Part shown: positions 32,651 to 45,000 of the stretch, piece after piece
How the letters are laid out: the number at the start of each line of letters is the position of its first letter
Numbering within the stretch: the first letter of the stretch is position 1
Assembly: GCA_044892525.1 (NCBI GenBank)
Contig: CM097885.1
Span: forward strand, 44,270,001-44,334,000
Source: Schmidtea polychroa
Lineage: Eukaryota
Length of the DNA stretch: 64,000 bases
Direction of reading: 5' to 3'
Made by a program: the position numbers and the translations under genes
Notes under the pieces: generated by a model
The model's input: only the letters and a program-made list of their open reading frames with translations
What the model was told of the DNA's origin: nothing
The model's database searches: none

Positions 32651-32765
32651 TGATATAAAATTTAATAGTTTGGGTTACAGTCCCCTGAATACTTTTACAA
32701 TACTTTAATTTTTTTTGTTTGGGATATACGTCCCGGTTTTTAGTTTTTCATCTTTTCATCCATCC

Positions 32766-33821
32766 TCATACGAAGGTTTCCTCCTGGCCTACATAACCTT
32801 CATCACTATCGACCGCGGAATGTAACTGTATCGCAATAGGGTCGTATGGTAGGTAATATTGGGGAATTTGAGCTCTCAATTCACTAACTTCGTCTCTTAG
32901 AGCTCGAGTGATATTCAATTCCTCGTCGAGCAGATAGGTGAGATACCTTGTCTCTTCATCTTTCGCCTCTATCTGTTTGTCTAGGGCTTTGATTTTCTCG
33001 TCGCCCTTCCATTTTTCAATTTCTATTTCTAAGTTTTTAATATTTTCGGTGTACATTTTCCTTTCGTTTTCTAATTTTCTGTTTTTTCCCGCTAGGACCA
33101 TGTTTCTTTGTTCCAGCGATCCTTGTAATCCATTAAGGTCTCTTTTCATCTCTTCTACCTGATTTACTAATTCCACAACCCGTCCCGCTTGTTGGGTTAT
33201 TATCTCTTCCATTGCGGCATTCTCGTGCTCTCTTATGTCGCACTTTATTGCCAAATGTCGCTCAAACTCCATAGCCTTTGTTTGCCAGGTTTGGCTTCGG
33301 GCGGCGACCTTTCTCAACCTTTTCAATTCTTCCTTTATTATTAAATTCTCCTCCCATTTACCTTGTTCGCTTTCATATCCGAGTCTCATGGGCAATTCTT
33401 TCATCTCTTTTTTCATTTTTCTGTTTTGTCTTTTCCATTTTCTCGCTTCTGCCACTAAGTGCATCATTTTCCTGTCTTCTATTTGTTTTTCCGCTTCGCG
33501 CTTGGTGTTCTCATCGGTAAGTCTCTTTCTCGCTTCCTGCACTAGCTGCTTTAAGTAGTGGCTGTGTGCTTCTTGGCGGGTATTTTCTAGTGACGCCCAT
33601 TTTGATGCTCTTTTGCATGCTTCTGCTTCCGCTCTTAAGTTGTGTATTAACCATTGGTATTGACTATTCTCATCTTCTCTAGTTTCTTCGATGTGATTTC
33701 GGGTGAGATTAGTTAGTTGGAACATTACTTTGTTCCATTTTTTGTTATGTTCTCGGGGAATTTGTGTCTTGTTGACCTTGGTTGGGTCTATCGCAGTTTC
33801 GGTTATTTTCTCTTGTGTCAT
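32766..33821 (-). CDS. Accessory coiled-coil protein, 351 aa
   Basis: Long E/K/R-rich helical ORF; C-terminal DSDEGY. Confidence 0.75.
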   Translation of the reverse strand: MTQEKITETAIDPTKVNKTQIPREHNKKWNKVMFQLTNLTRNHIEETREDENSQYQWLIHNLRAEAEACKRASKWASLENTRQEAHSHYLKQLVQEARKRLTDENTKREAEKQIEDRKMMHLVAEARKWKRQNRKMKKEMKELPMRLGYESEQGKWEENLIIKEELKRLRKVAARSQTWQTKAMEFERHLAIKCDIREHENAAMEEIITQQAGRVVELVNQVEEMKRDLNGLQGSLEQRNMVLAGKNRKLENERKMYTENIKNLEIEIEKWKGDEKIKALDKQIEAKDEETRYLTYLLDEELNITRALRDEVSELRAQIPQYYLPYDPIAIQLHSAVDSDEGYVGQEETFV

Positions 33822-34014
33822 CTCTAAATCATAGACATCGATTAATCTTTTTATTATGAAAAAGGAATTTATTCATTATTTACTGTTTCTTGGGGAATTT
33901 TCGCATCATTTTTGGGTTTTCGTATTTAGGGTTTTCATACTATTATTATATAATATTTTATTGGTTATATACACCGATATATACAGATTATTATATACAA
34001 CATTATTCGATTGG

Positions 34015-34557
34015 TTACTCCGTTCTACCCTTCTCCTCTTTCCTCACGGTCATCTTGATATATATGGTATCATTTCTCGCCATATCTTCTACTCTTTGTT
34101 GTGAGATGAACGTAGGTGCTCCTGTTGCTGATCCTTCTTCGTTGAGGGGCCTCTGGTAAGCTATTTGATTCCCCGTTGTTTTGAAGCTTTGCTCATATAT
34201 ACTTTGGTTGTTCATCAGAGTAATATCGATTTTTGCCTGGAACGGCCATTCTAATATTTCGTCGTATTCTCCTTTACATAACAGAAAGAAAATCGAAAAG
34301 TGCGTATCTAATCCGGTTCCGTCCCCGTTGGGATATATCTTCATTTTCATTTTGTACCCATTTTTCCAAGAATGGAATGTAGGACTTGTTATTCTTGTCT
34401 CTTCTCCGGTTTTTGCTCTTCGTATTCTTTCTTTTACTCCCGTTATTTTCCATATGTAGGGTGCTGTTGGGGTTATCTCATTTAGATTTATTTCCCGTAT
34501 TTTCTGATGTAGCTCCTTGGCCTGATTATTACTAATTTCTGTTCGGTTTATTTGCAT
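34015..34557 (-). CDS. TRAF C-terminal MATH domain, in frame with the upstream RING/zinc-finger ORF across one TGA
   Basis: YIWKI...SPTF....GYKM.MKIYPNGDGTG..THFSIFF.L.KGEYD.ILEWPF, the TRAF-C signature. Confidence 0.92.
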   Translation of the reverse strand: MQINRTEISNNQAKELHQKIREINLNEITPTAPYIWKITGVKERIRRAKTGEETRITSPTFHSWKNGYKMKMKIYPNGDGTGLDTHFSIFFLLCKGEYDEILEWPFQAKIDITLMNNQSIYEQSFKTTGNQIAYQRPLNEEGSATGAPTFISQQRVEDMARNDTIYIKMTVRKEEKGRTE

Positions 34558-34569
34558 CTTTATGTTTGC

Positions 34570-35403
34570 TCAGGCTTCTTCGAACGCTTCCCTTTCTTCT
34601 AGTAGTTCTTTGACTAACACTTTCAACGATGTTATCTCTATCTCCATTTGTTTTACTTTCTCTTCGCTTTCTTGTAACGCAGTCGACCACATTTCTGCGT
34701 GAGTTGAAGCATTTTCTACTAAATGATGTGGTAACTCACCTCGGTGTAGTAGTTTCTGACAACCCCATCTACCTAGTACACATGTCATTCTTTTCTTTTC
34801 GCATTCCCTTAGATGCTGTGCCACCTTCATTGTTTCCCCTTGGTTACATCCGTTTGGGCATTCCCCACTGAACTCCGCACATACTCTCTCCTCTTGGACA
34901 TTGTGATGTTTGAGGGTGAGATTTATCCACGTATCTATTTCTCCACAGTGTTCACATCTTTCCAATCTCTCCTCACACTGCCTTTGATGCTCTTTTTCTT
35001 CGCTTGCTCGAATGGTTTTATGGCACCTTTCACACTGGCCAATTCTGTACATACATTCTCCCATATGTTGTACTACCTTCCATATTACTCCTTTCCATTC
35101 GCATGGGGCATTTTTGCATCCCAGGTTGGTGTTTAACATGTCTTTCACTGCGGCTTTATCCTCGTTAGTGTCTTCTAAACTCGATATTAGTGTCTCTTTG
35201 CACCCCGGGCACCTCTGTGGTCTATTCTTTATTGCTTCACTGATACATTCTTTACATGCTCGGCATCCACATTGCGTTTGGTGAGGTTCCTTTAACAACT
35301 TTTCACATATTCCGCACATAACATGTTTGTGTATTCTGATCGTTGTAGATTTTCGGACTTGCTCGACAATCTCTCTGAACTCTTCTCTTTGTCGTTTATC
35401 CAT
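34570..35403 (-). CDS. TRAF N-terminal part: RING finger, TRAF zinc fingers, coiled coil
   Basis: CGIC..LLKEP.QTQCGCRACKECI...CPGC, DKAA, CKN..CEWKG.....HMGEC, further CxxC/H..C fingers and a coiled coil. Confidence 0.9.
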   Translation of the reverse strand: MDKRQREEFREIVEQVRKSTTIRIHKHVMCGICEKLLKEPHQTQCGCRACKECISEAIKNRPQRCPGCKETLISSLEDTNEDKAAVKDMLNTNLGCKNAPCEWKGVIWKVVQHMGECMYRIGQCERCHKTIRASEEKEHQRQCEERLERCEHCGEIDTWINLTLKHHNVQEERVCAEFSGECPNGCNQGETMKVAQHLRECEKKRMTCVLGRWGCQKLLHRGELPHHLVENASTHAEMWSTALQESEEKVKQMEIEITSLKVLVKELLEEREAFEEA

Positions 35404-35488
35404 TCTATAATTATATGTACAAGTAGTTCTTATCGATACAGGTTCGATATTTTATTTACAATTATTTACATTTTAAGCTAGGTTTGGT

Positions 35489-35872
35489 TTAGGGTTCGGA
35501 AGAGTCGGCTTCGTGTCCGCTCTCCTCTCTATTCATTAGCCATTCCGACCAGTCTTCTATTTCTATCTGTTCTGCTTCCTCCCTCATTCGGTCTATTTCA
35601 ATTTCCTGTCGACGGCTATATTGGGTTATCCTCTCTATCTCTCTTTGCATTTGTTCGATTTTTAACCTCTGGTCTTCAATTATCTTCAAATAACTAAATC
35701 CTCTGTTCATACTCTCGATCAGGTTTCTGTGCATCGTCAGTCCTTGTTCTTGCAAATTGGACACTAATTGTGCTAATACGGCACATTGTTGCTTCCATAA
35801 TTCTTCAGTTACTGTATTGTGGTTCATTTCGTTATTTCCTTGATCCATTCCTAATTTATATACTCTTTTCAA
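35489..35872 (-). CDS. Small accessory coiled-coil protein (likely ATG at 35848)
   Basis: Helical Q/E-rich ORF; TAG acceptor 2 nt before ATG 35848; followed by TGTAAATAAA. Confidence 0.6.
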   Translation of the reverse strand: MKRVYKLGMDQGNNEMNHNTVTEELWKQQCAVLAQLVSNLQEQGLTMHRNLIESMNRGFSYLKIIEDQRLKIEQMQREIERITQYSRRQEIEIDRMREEAEQIEIEDWSEWLMNREESGHEADSSEP

Positions 35873-36008
35873 CTCTTATGTAAATTTAATTTTATTTTAT
35901 GATTCCCGTTATTGTATAATATTGATACCGCGCTTATATAAAGATATAATACTGTTATATACATAAGATATACTTACTTTTTACAATTATATACAGTCAT
36001 ATTCCTTT

Positions 36009-39000
36009 CTATATACGTGAGTTTGGAGGGCGCTGAACGTTCCAGGCCTCCACCCACTGTTCTTGTTTGATATCACTTGGTCGTTTCACTCGATGTTGGA
36101 AGTTTCTGATTCGGGTCATTTCTAGTTCTCCGCGATGTCGTTTATCTTTAATTATTTTTATTGTTCCCCCCGTTATGATTAGGAATGCCCCTGTTATTAT
36201 TATCCCACTGATCCACATCATCTGCTTCACGCTTATACTCTCTGGTTTTTCCTTGTTTGTTAATGTTGATATCGCTTCTGTACTTTTCTCGTTTCCTCTT
36301 TTGCCATTTCCTTTCATCATTTCCCGTATTCTTGCTATTTCCTCGTTCATACCCTCCTTTGCCATCTTTTGTATTTTTTCCATCTCTTCCTCCGAAACAT
36401 AGTTGTCCTGAGCTTCCTCGCCGGTTTTCTTGTGCTTTCCTCCTTCGTCCTTTTCGTCGTGGTTTTTCCTTTTCTTTCCTCTTTTCCCCGGGTATCGTCG
36501 GCATTCTCTTTTTGATTCGTTTCTCCAGATACAAACCGTATATTCCTTCGGGGGCTGCTGCTGCGTCACATATTGATGGCATCTCTCACCCGGTCCCAAT
36601 CTTGAAATACAGACTTTGTGCTCTTTTCTTGGTTGGAGCTGCGTTATTACTACTTCGCCACCTTTTCCTAGGTGTACCTCTTTTCCTTTAACGTTCGTTA
36701 TTCTTTTCCCGTCTCGGTTTCGGTATGCTTCTTGTATTCTTACTTCTGTTATTGGTTCTGTGTCCTCATTTATCAGTACTAGTTTCTGATACGCTCTAGA
36801 CATGCATCTTCCTAGTATGCACCTTTCCTTTAAGTCCCATTCTTCCTTTAAATCCCACTGCTGCTCTTGTGCTTGCTTTTTCTTTTCTTGTTTTAGTTCG
36901 TCCTCTTTGCTATCTTGATTCTCCGCTTCTTTGGTTTCTTTTATCGTCCTCGTCCCTCCATGAGCTGTTACTAACTCTATCATGGTAAGCATAATTATCA
37001 TTAATATCATATTTGTCTCTATTTCTTTGTTAGTGAAAGGTAGGCATACCCTCTGTTTTCCATTATTCGATTTTTCCTCCTCTTTGGTCTTAGTTCCCGG
37101 GCTGTTTCCCTCTCTTTTCGTATCCGAATCCTTGTTTTCCGGTTTACCCTCCTCCGGTTCTCTTTTCTCTTTATCCTCCTTTCGGCCTTTTCCGTTATTG
37201 TCATCGTGTTTATCTCCCCCGCTGTCGTTTAAAATGTCGTCCTCGACATTTATATCGTTCAATAATCTGCGATATGCTGTTAGCACTCTGTTTCTTGCTA
37301 ATTTTGCTTCGAATTCAAACTCTTTTCTACCCGTTGCAGCATGTCTCTTTCTATTCCATTCTTTAACTAACTCTCTCAATTGCATACGACGATGTTTCCC
37401 AATTCGTTGTTGCTCGTTCTGATTTTGCGTGAATTTTAGGTCTTCTCTATTTAATACTAATAAAATAATTTTAGGCGTCCCCCCCTTAGTTAGGGTATTC
37501 TTTACCATCGCATTTTCTCCGTTTTCGTAGAATTCGTTTACATTTATCGCATATTTATTATTTTGTGGTACTCTCCAGGTTAATAATAATTTCATTGCTT
37601 CTAGATTTTTCCGTACCGTATTCCATTGAAACTGAGATGTGTTTTTGCACATATTTTCAACTTCTTCTTTTGTCGCATTTTTGCAAATAAATCTGATCAT
37701 TTCTAAGTTTGGCTGTATGGTTGCCCAGTCCAAGGTGGAATTTCCTTCATTGGACTTTTCGTCTAGTTTCGATCCTGATTGATGTAGGATGTGGAGTGTT
37801 TTTGGGTGTATTTTCGTTATAGCTGCATACATCATAGCGGTTTCACCTTGTTCATTTTTCGTGTTGGTTTCCTCGCCCATCTCTCCAAGGATTCTCACGA
37901 TCGTTATTGCTCTATTTTCTTTCGCTGCTAGTATTGCTTGTTGTAGGGGTGTTCTGGAATCCTTCGTTATCATCGTAAATGCTCGAGGCAAGAAGGTTTT
38001 GATTTTCCCGATATCCAAATCCGTGGTTTGATCTCTTGCGTATGTGTGTACGGCTTTTATTATTTTGGACAATATTATGTCGTCTGGCAGCTCTAGCATT
38101 TCCTCAAAGAATACCTCTTTCGCTTTGCGTATTATTGCCTCCTGATCTATACTCATTGCTTTTGTTTCGATGACGTTATTTGTGACCTTTTGGTTCGTTG
38201 TCAATTTTGGTTCCCTTGATTTCCCATACCTTATTTTCGTTTTCTTTCCGTTTGGATTATTGATTCGTTCCTCTGCTGTAAGTATTTGGATAATATCCAG
38301 GTAATTCTCGCGGATGTTATTCATTGTGTCCATCATATATAACACACTTACCGTTTCCCAATATTTATTTCGTACTTGGTTAGTAAATTGGAATAGGGAT
38401 TTTTCGAATGTGTCGATTCGCTTTTTTGCTAACTGTTCGTCTTTATGATTTGTGAATTTTATCCCTCGTTCTAGTAATTGATTCGGAATTTCGAATAAAT
38501 GATGTCCTTTCATAGCTTCTCTCATCAGCGTGTTCTCTCCTCTCGTGAACGCTTCGTTTACGTTGATCATATAATCGTTTCGAATTGGATTTCTCCATGT
38601 AATTAATATTCCGGTAATTGTTGTCAGTTTTTCTTTGGTCGCTGTTAATAATCCATCATACATGTTTCCGACTTCCCGATTGTCCTCATATGATAGTAGT
38701 TCCATCAATGACGTGAACGCCTCGGTACTTCTCCCTTCGATAGCATGATGTAGAGCGTTTTTCCGCTCGTGGTCTTGTGTAGTTATTTTCGATCCGGTAT
38801 CGAGTAATGCGGTTATAATGTCTTTGGTTTTGCCTCTGTTTGCGGCTATCATTAATGGTGTGTAACCTTGGTTGTTTGTTTGTTCTGTTGATCGCTTGCA
38901 GTCGTGAAATGCTTCTATTGTTTCTAGTATTTGCTCGTTGTTACCTACTTTCATGAGTTTGTGTAATGGTGTGTCTCCGTAATGATCTGTTATTGTAAAT

Positions 39001-42000
39001 AATATTGGCCATTGGCTTTTGACTACTCGCAATAATGGGTGTGTCCTTTCTCTATTTGCATAGTTCTCGATCATCGTCAATAATCCTCCTAATATTTCGA
39101 AATCTAATCGATCTTTTGCCCATCCAGGTATTCTAATTTTTACCTCTTTTACAATCTTTTCCGCTTCTGATGGTTGGATACCTAATCGTCCAGTGATCGG
39201 TTCCGCGAGTTGTTGCATCATGTTCATTCGGTAGGTTTGCGAACGTGTGGTTAATGTACGGCCTTCTGGTTGACTAGTAGCTGTTTTTGGAATTGATTTG
39301 CATCGTGCCACGTTTACGTATATTGGTCTGGTAAAGGGGTTATTTACCAATTTCACTCTTACATTAGTTTCGCCTACGAATAAGATCTCATATGGTCCTT
39401 TTCCGTTGCGTTGTAACTTTTTTGTGGTTCCTGGAATTAATTCCGGGGTTTCTATCATTACCCAATCACCTGTTTGGAACGTATGTTGCTTCACGTTTTT
39501 CTTTCGATCGTGTAAATCTTTATAACTTTCCTGGTAGAACTTGATATTTAATCCCGCAGTTTCCCAAATTTCTTGCATTCTTTCCTTGAATTTCGTAACA
39601 TAATCATCGATCTCCATATACTGCGATATCGGTGGTTGGTATTCCAGGTCCATTGGCATATTACATTCTCTTCCGTACATTAATTTGAATGGGCTCATTT
39701 TCGTTGATGCGTGAATCGACATTCTGTACGCCATAAGACATAGGTTTATATATTCATCCCAATCTCGTTGGTGACGGTCAACGTAGTTTGATAACATTTG
39801 TATAAGTGTTCCATTAAATCTTTCCGTCATCCCATTGGTTTGAGGGTGGTATGGAGATGTTCTTAGTTTTGCTATTTTGAAGTAATTTGTTACTTCGCTC
39901 ATTATCTCACTCATAAAATTAGTTCCCTGATCGGTTAAGATTTGTTTTGGTGTTCCATATCGGCAACATATCTCTTCTACCAAAATTTTTGCGATTGTTT
40001 TAGCTTTTTGGTCTGGCATCGCGAATGCTTCTGGGAATTTCGTAAGAAAGTCTGTGATCACTAGAATGTAAACGTTTCCTTTATCTGACTCTGGTAGTGG
40101 ACCAACTACGTCCATGGATATCATTGTCATTGGTTCTATTGGTACTGGCATTGGTGTTAAAGGTGCTTTCCATTTCGATCCAGTATTCTTCCTGGTTGCA
40201 CAAGTTAGACAATTTTTTACCCATTCAGTTACATCTTCAGTTAACGTAGGCCAAAAATATTTCTGTTTCATTCTTGCTAACGTCTTTTTCGATGACATAT
40301 GTCCTCCCAATCTCCCATCGTGATATTGCGTTAGTAACTCTTTTCGTCGGTTTTCCGGTATACACATTAATCGTTTTTCCCCATCCATTATCAGCAACCA
40401 ATCTTTCTCTATAATATATCGGTGTCGGTGTTTATCCATATGTTCTTTTAATTTTTGGTCTTTCGCATATACCTCTGTCTTTCCGGTTTTTACATAATCG
40501 ATAATTTGTTTTAATTCCGCGTCCTCTTGTTGGTCCTTTCGTAATTGACAGAAATCCAAATCTTCCGCTACTATTAAGCATATGCGTTGCATTTCTGAAT
40601 CCACCAAATCTGGGAAAATAAATCTTGACATACAATCGGCGTTGGCATTTGCTCTTCCCGCTTTGAATTTTATAAATGGGGAGTATTCTTGCAATTGCAT
40701 GGCCCATCGCATCAGTCTACTGGACGCTTCTTTATGTTGCCCTAACCACACTAATGGTTGATGATCCGTGGTTATGCATATCTCATGTCCCCATAGTAAA
40801 TATCGGAAGTGTTTGATAGCTTGTATTATAGCCAATGCTTCTCGTTCTGTTACCGAATAGTTCTTTTCGTGCTTTTTGAATGTTCGACTGTAATACCCGA
40901 TTACTCTCTCTTTTCCCTCATCGTCTAATTGTCCCAGAATCGCGCCTGCCGCGTACCCGCTTGCATCCGTTGCCAATAGAAATGGCTTCTTAAAATCTGG
41001 GTGTACGAGGATAGGTGCTTCGATTAGTTTATCTCTCAGCGTTTCGAACGCCTGTTGTTGTTCTTTTTCCCAAATGAACGAAATATCCTTCTTTACTAAT
41101 TCCTGGATTGGTTTTGCAATTCCTGCATAATTTTTGATAAATTTGCGATAGTATCCGCATAATCCTAGAAATTCCTGCACTTGGGTGACAGTTTTCGGTG
41201 CTGGACATGTTTTTATTTTCTCAATGTTTCTTGGATCTGGCTCCTTTCCTTTAGCTGACACTATGTGTCCTAAAAACGTGACTTTTTCCTTTGCCCAATC
41301 GCATTTTGATGGTTTGAGTTTGAGTTTCCACTGTCTTAATCTAATAAATACGTTTCGGATATCTTCTAGATGTTGTTCAAATGTCGCTGAATAGATTAGT
41401 AAATCATCAATATATACCATACATTGTTTGATTCCATGGGTGACAAAGTTCATACACCGTTGAAATGATGCTGGTGCGTTAGTCAGTCCAAATGGCATTT
41501 TTCTGAATTGATATAGATCTCGTCCCAACGTGAAAGCTGTTTTCTCTTTGTCCTCATCTTTGACTTTAATCTGCCAGTATCCACTTTTTAGATCTAGAGA
41601 AGTAAAATATGCTGCCCCTTGCAACATCAATAACATCTCATTGATGTCCGGCAATGGATAGGTATCTCTCTTGGTCACTGCGTTTAACTTCCGATAATCG
41701 ATACAGAATCGTTGGGTGCCATCTTTCTTTTTTACCATGACCACTGGGAATTGCCAGGGTGAGCAACTTGGTTCGATTACTTTTGCGTCTAGCATCTTTT
41801 GTACTTCTGCTTCGGCTATTTCTTTTTGCATTTCTGCTAGCTTGTATGGTCTTAATGCAATTGGAGTTTCATCTATGAGGGGTATTGCATGTAGGGTAAC
41901 ATCGCATGTACCCAAGTCTAAGTCTGAGATGGCGAATATATCTTTATATTCTACCAACAATCGGTGTAATTTTTTCTTTTCATCATTCGTCAACAACATA

Positions 42001-45000
42001 CTATCTATTGTCCATAATTCATCATCTTTGATCATCTCGTTGGTCACTTTCGGTAATTCTATGTCCATCATTGGGGTCAATCTTCCCAATTTTTCGTTCT
42101 CATAAATGATTTTGTCTTCCTCTTCGAAATTCGTGATGTTGAGCGGTATCACTCCTTCTTGGTTTATTGTGATTATTTCTCTTGCGAGTGGTAATTCTCG
42201 TCGCTTTTCGAATGACTTGCTTGGTTCAAAGATAACTTCTCCTTCCATACCCGTATCCACTTTTATCTGACAAATCATCTGCGATTTTGCTGGTACTATT
42301 ATTTTTTCTGGACATCTGATGACTGCATTCATTTTGCATATTCTACCGGTTTTGTCTTTTAAACACATGGTTGTTAAGTCAATTACGACTTCCTTTAACA
42401 ATTCTGGCATCAAATCCGTTCCGATTATGCATGGTACGCTAAGTTTTGGTATTACTGCCAAATACGTTTCAATTTCGTTGTCCTGGTATCTCAATGTAGT
42501 CCACCATCTTCCGACCACGTCCACTGTTTCTTTACTACATGCTATGATGTGAATTGTTGTTGATTCGATATCCTTCCAGTGTTTACTGGGGATTTGATTA
42601 ATCGCTATCGCTGATACATTAGCTCCGGTGTCTATCATAGCATTGGTTTCTTTACCATTGATTTGAATCATAACTGTTACTGCTGGACCTCCAGGTAAAC
42701 TCATTGCTGCGATTGTTCTTACGTCATCTGCTTGATCTACACTTTTGGTACGTCGTGTTGGCATATAATGCATACCGGGTTGACTCGGTAATTGCGGATA
42801 CATATTTTGTGTCATGGTCAAAGCTGCTTGTGGTCCCACGATATCCGGTGGTATATAGCTTCCATTGGCGATCCAGGTGTTTGTCTTTTCCTTTTCCCAA
42901 TATGGTGCCGTTTCCATTGGTTTTTCGTTTGGGTTTCTGTTTGGATAAAGACATTTATCGTTCCCGTTATCATCGTCGTCACTATCGCTGTTAGATGATT
43001 GGCTTCTAAATCGGTCCAAGAATTTTGGCTTATTCTTTTTCAATTGTCGTCTTGTTGCTTCATCGTACATTACTTTCCGGAATCGTCTGCCTACTTCTTC
43101 GTCGGTTCCTTTAATCTTTGTTAATATTTTTATCAATCGCTTTATCCGATGAATGTCTTTTGAGTGGCCATGTAATACCATGGTTTTAGCTAAAAATGGT
43201 AAGAAGCCTACTATCATTTTCCAGTTAACTTTCTTTTCCCGCTTGTATATATCGAAACAAGCTAACATTTGTGTTAGTATTACTCTGACTATCTGAATTA
43301 TGAGTATGATCCCTAATATCCCGGCCATCATTTGTCCAAAAACTAAGAATCTTCCCCACATTGCTTTCATCATGTTTGACGTAGCTTGTTGAAAATGGTC
43401 TGGCGATAATAGCAGCTCGTAATTCGGGCCTGATTGATAGTTTGTGCCCCCAGTTATTGTTACCATATTTGACAAAATGGATTCTCGTCTGGCTGGGAAG
43501 AGTACGTTAAGTCGTGCTGTTTCTAGATCTTCTGGGGAATACATACCACCGTTTGACACGTCTATAGGTTTGAAATCCAGCTCTGTGGCGAGTTCTATTA
43601 ATCCAAATTTCTTGGGTTCCTCGGATATGGTTTTTCCCGGTAACATCATCCATTTCCCATCGGGTCTTTCATACAAAGGTCCGTATGCATTAGAACAGTT
43701 AAAGAGATTTGGGTAGAAACCCACTGGATTCATAATTCTAGTGACTGGTTGGACGAATCGATTTTGTCCTTTATAACGGATTTCTAATTCATTTGCACAT
43801 CTCTTTTCGGGTAGTATGGATTTTTCTGGCATTCGTGCATACGTCTTGGTACACTGGTATGTGTACATCACTTCTCCTACCATTCTACCAAAGTGTCCAT
43901 CTGGTAATGGGAGTGATGGCATCGTGTTATCTGGGTGCGTTATCGCAATAGCTAGCTTTGTTTTCAATATTTCTTTATTCAATGAACAATCGTTTTGTAT
44001 CAGATCGTAATATACTTTTTGCAAGGTCGTTTGTCCACGATGAAATAGAAAATCCATTTTATTATTTGCATATAAGTATAGTTTTACGTCCTCCGTTGCT
44101 ATCTTTCCCACTGCTCTATCGATTATTTGTCTCGACATATAGATACCTGCGTAATTGGTTTTATATACTATACTGTCACATTTGGTGGTTTCTTTCTCTT
44201 TGATAAATCTCATACCTAGATCTGGATCGTCTGTGATTAATGCTGTTGGTGTCTTCTGCGTTGAAAGTCTCTTTTCTCTGGGAGATGGTGGCATTGGTTT
44301 TCCATTTCGCATTCTCACTCTGTCGTTTCCATCCTCGTCGTTCTCGTTCTCATATATTTCTCCTTTTACTTCATTGAACAAAGCACTTTTTAACAGTTGG
44401 AGTCGGCATTTTTGGGTATTAGCTTCATAGATTATAGTTGATACTCCTGTCCTACATACGTTTTCTGTAGCTTTACACGTTGGGTTGGTCTTCATTTGAT
44501 AATTATTTGCGTCAAATTGCGCTTCGTATTCTTTTAATTCAACCGTGTAAGACTCGATCACTACGACTCCCGATATTACCTCGCCTCGGATCGTATACGT
44601 ACCTCCGTTACATGACCCATCTGATGATTTTACTTTTCCGGATACGTAAACACTTTCGGTTTTAATCATTCCAGTTTGTCCGTGAATCGTCACTCCGTTA
44701 TGCATTTTTAGCGCTCCGGTTCTAAATAGCTCCTTACAATCCTCTCGTTGTATTGATACGATTTCTTTATCCAGACCAGGTAGTATAAGAGTCGAATACG
44801 AATATTGTCCACAGTAATATGCGAGTACCTTTTTTGATACCACGCATTCCCTTGCTTGCGTTCTGATGAAATCTGATTCTTGATATACATGGTAAGTAAC
44901 TTTTGTTCTCACGATGTCCAATTTGTTGGGTGAGGCTTGTCTGCATTCTTCTATGTCTCTCAACGAGTATTTGTCTCTCATTATCATATTATCACAATCG

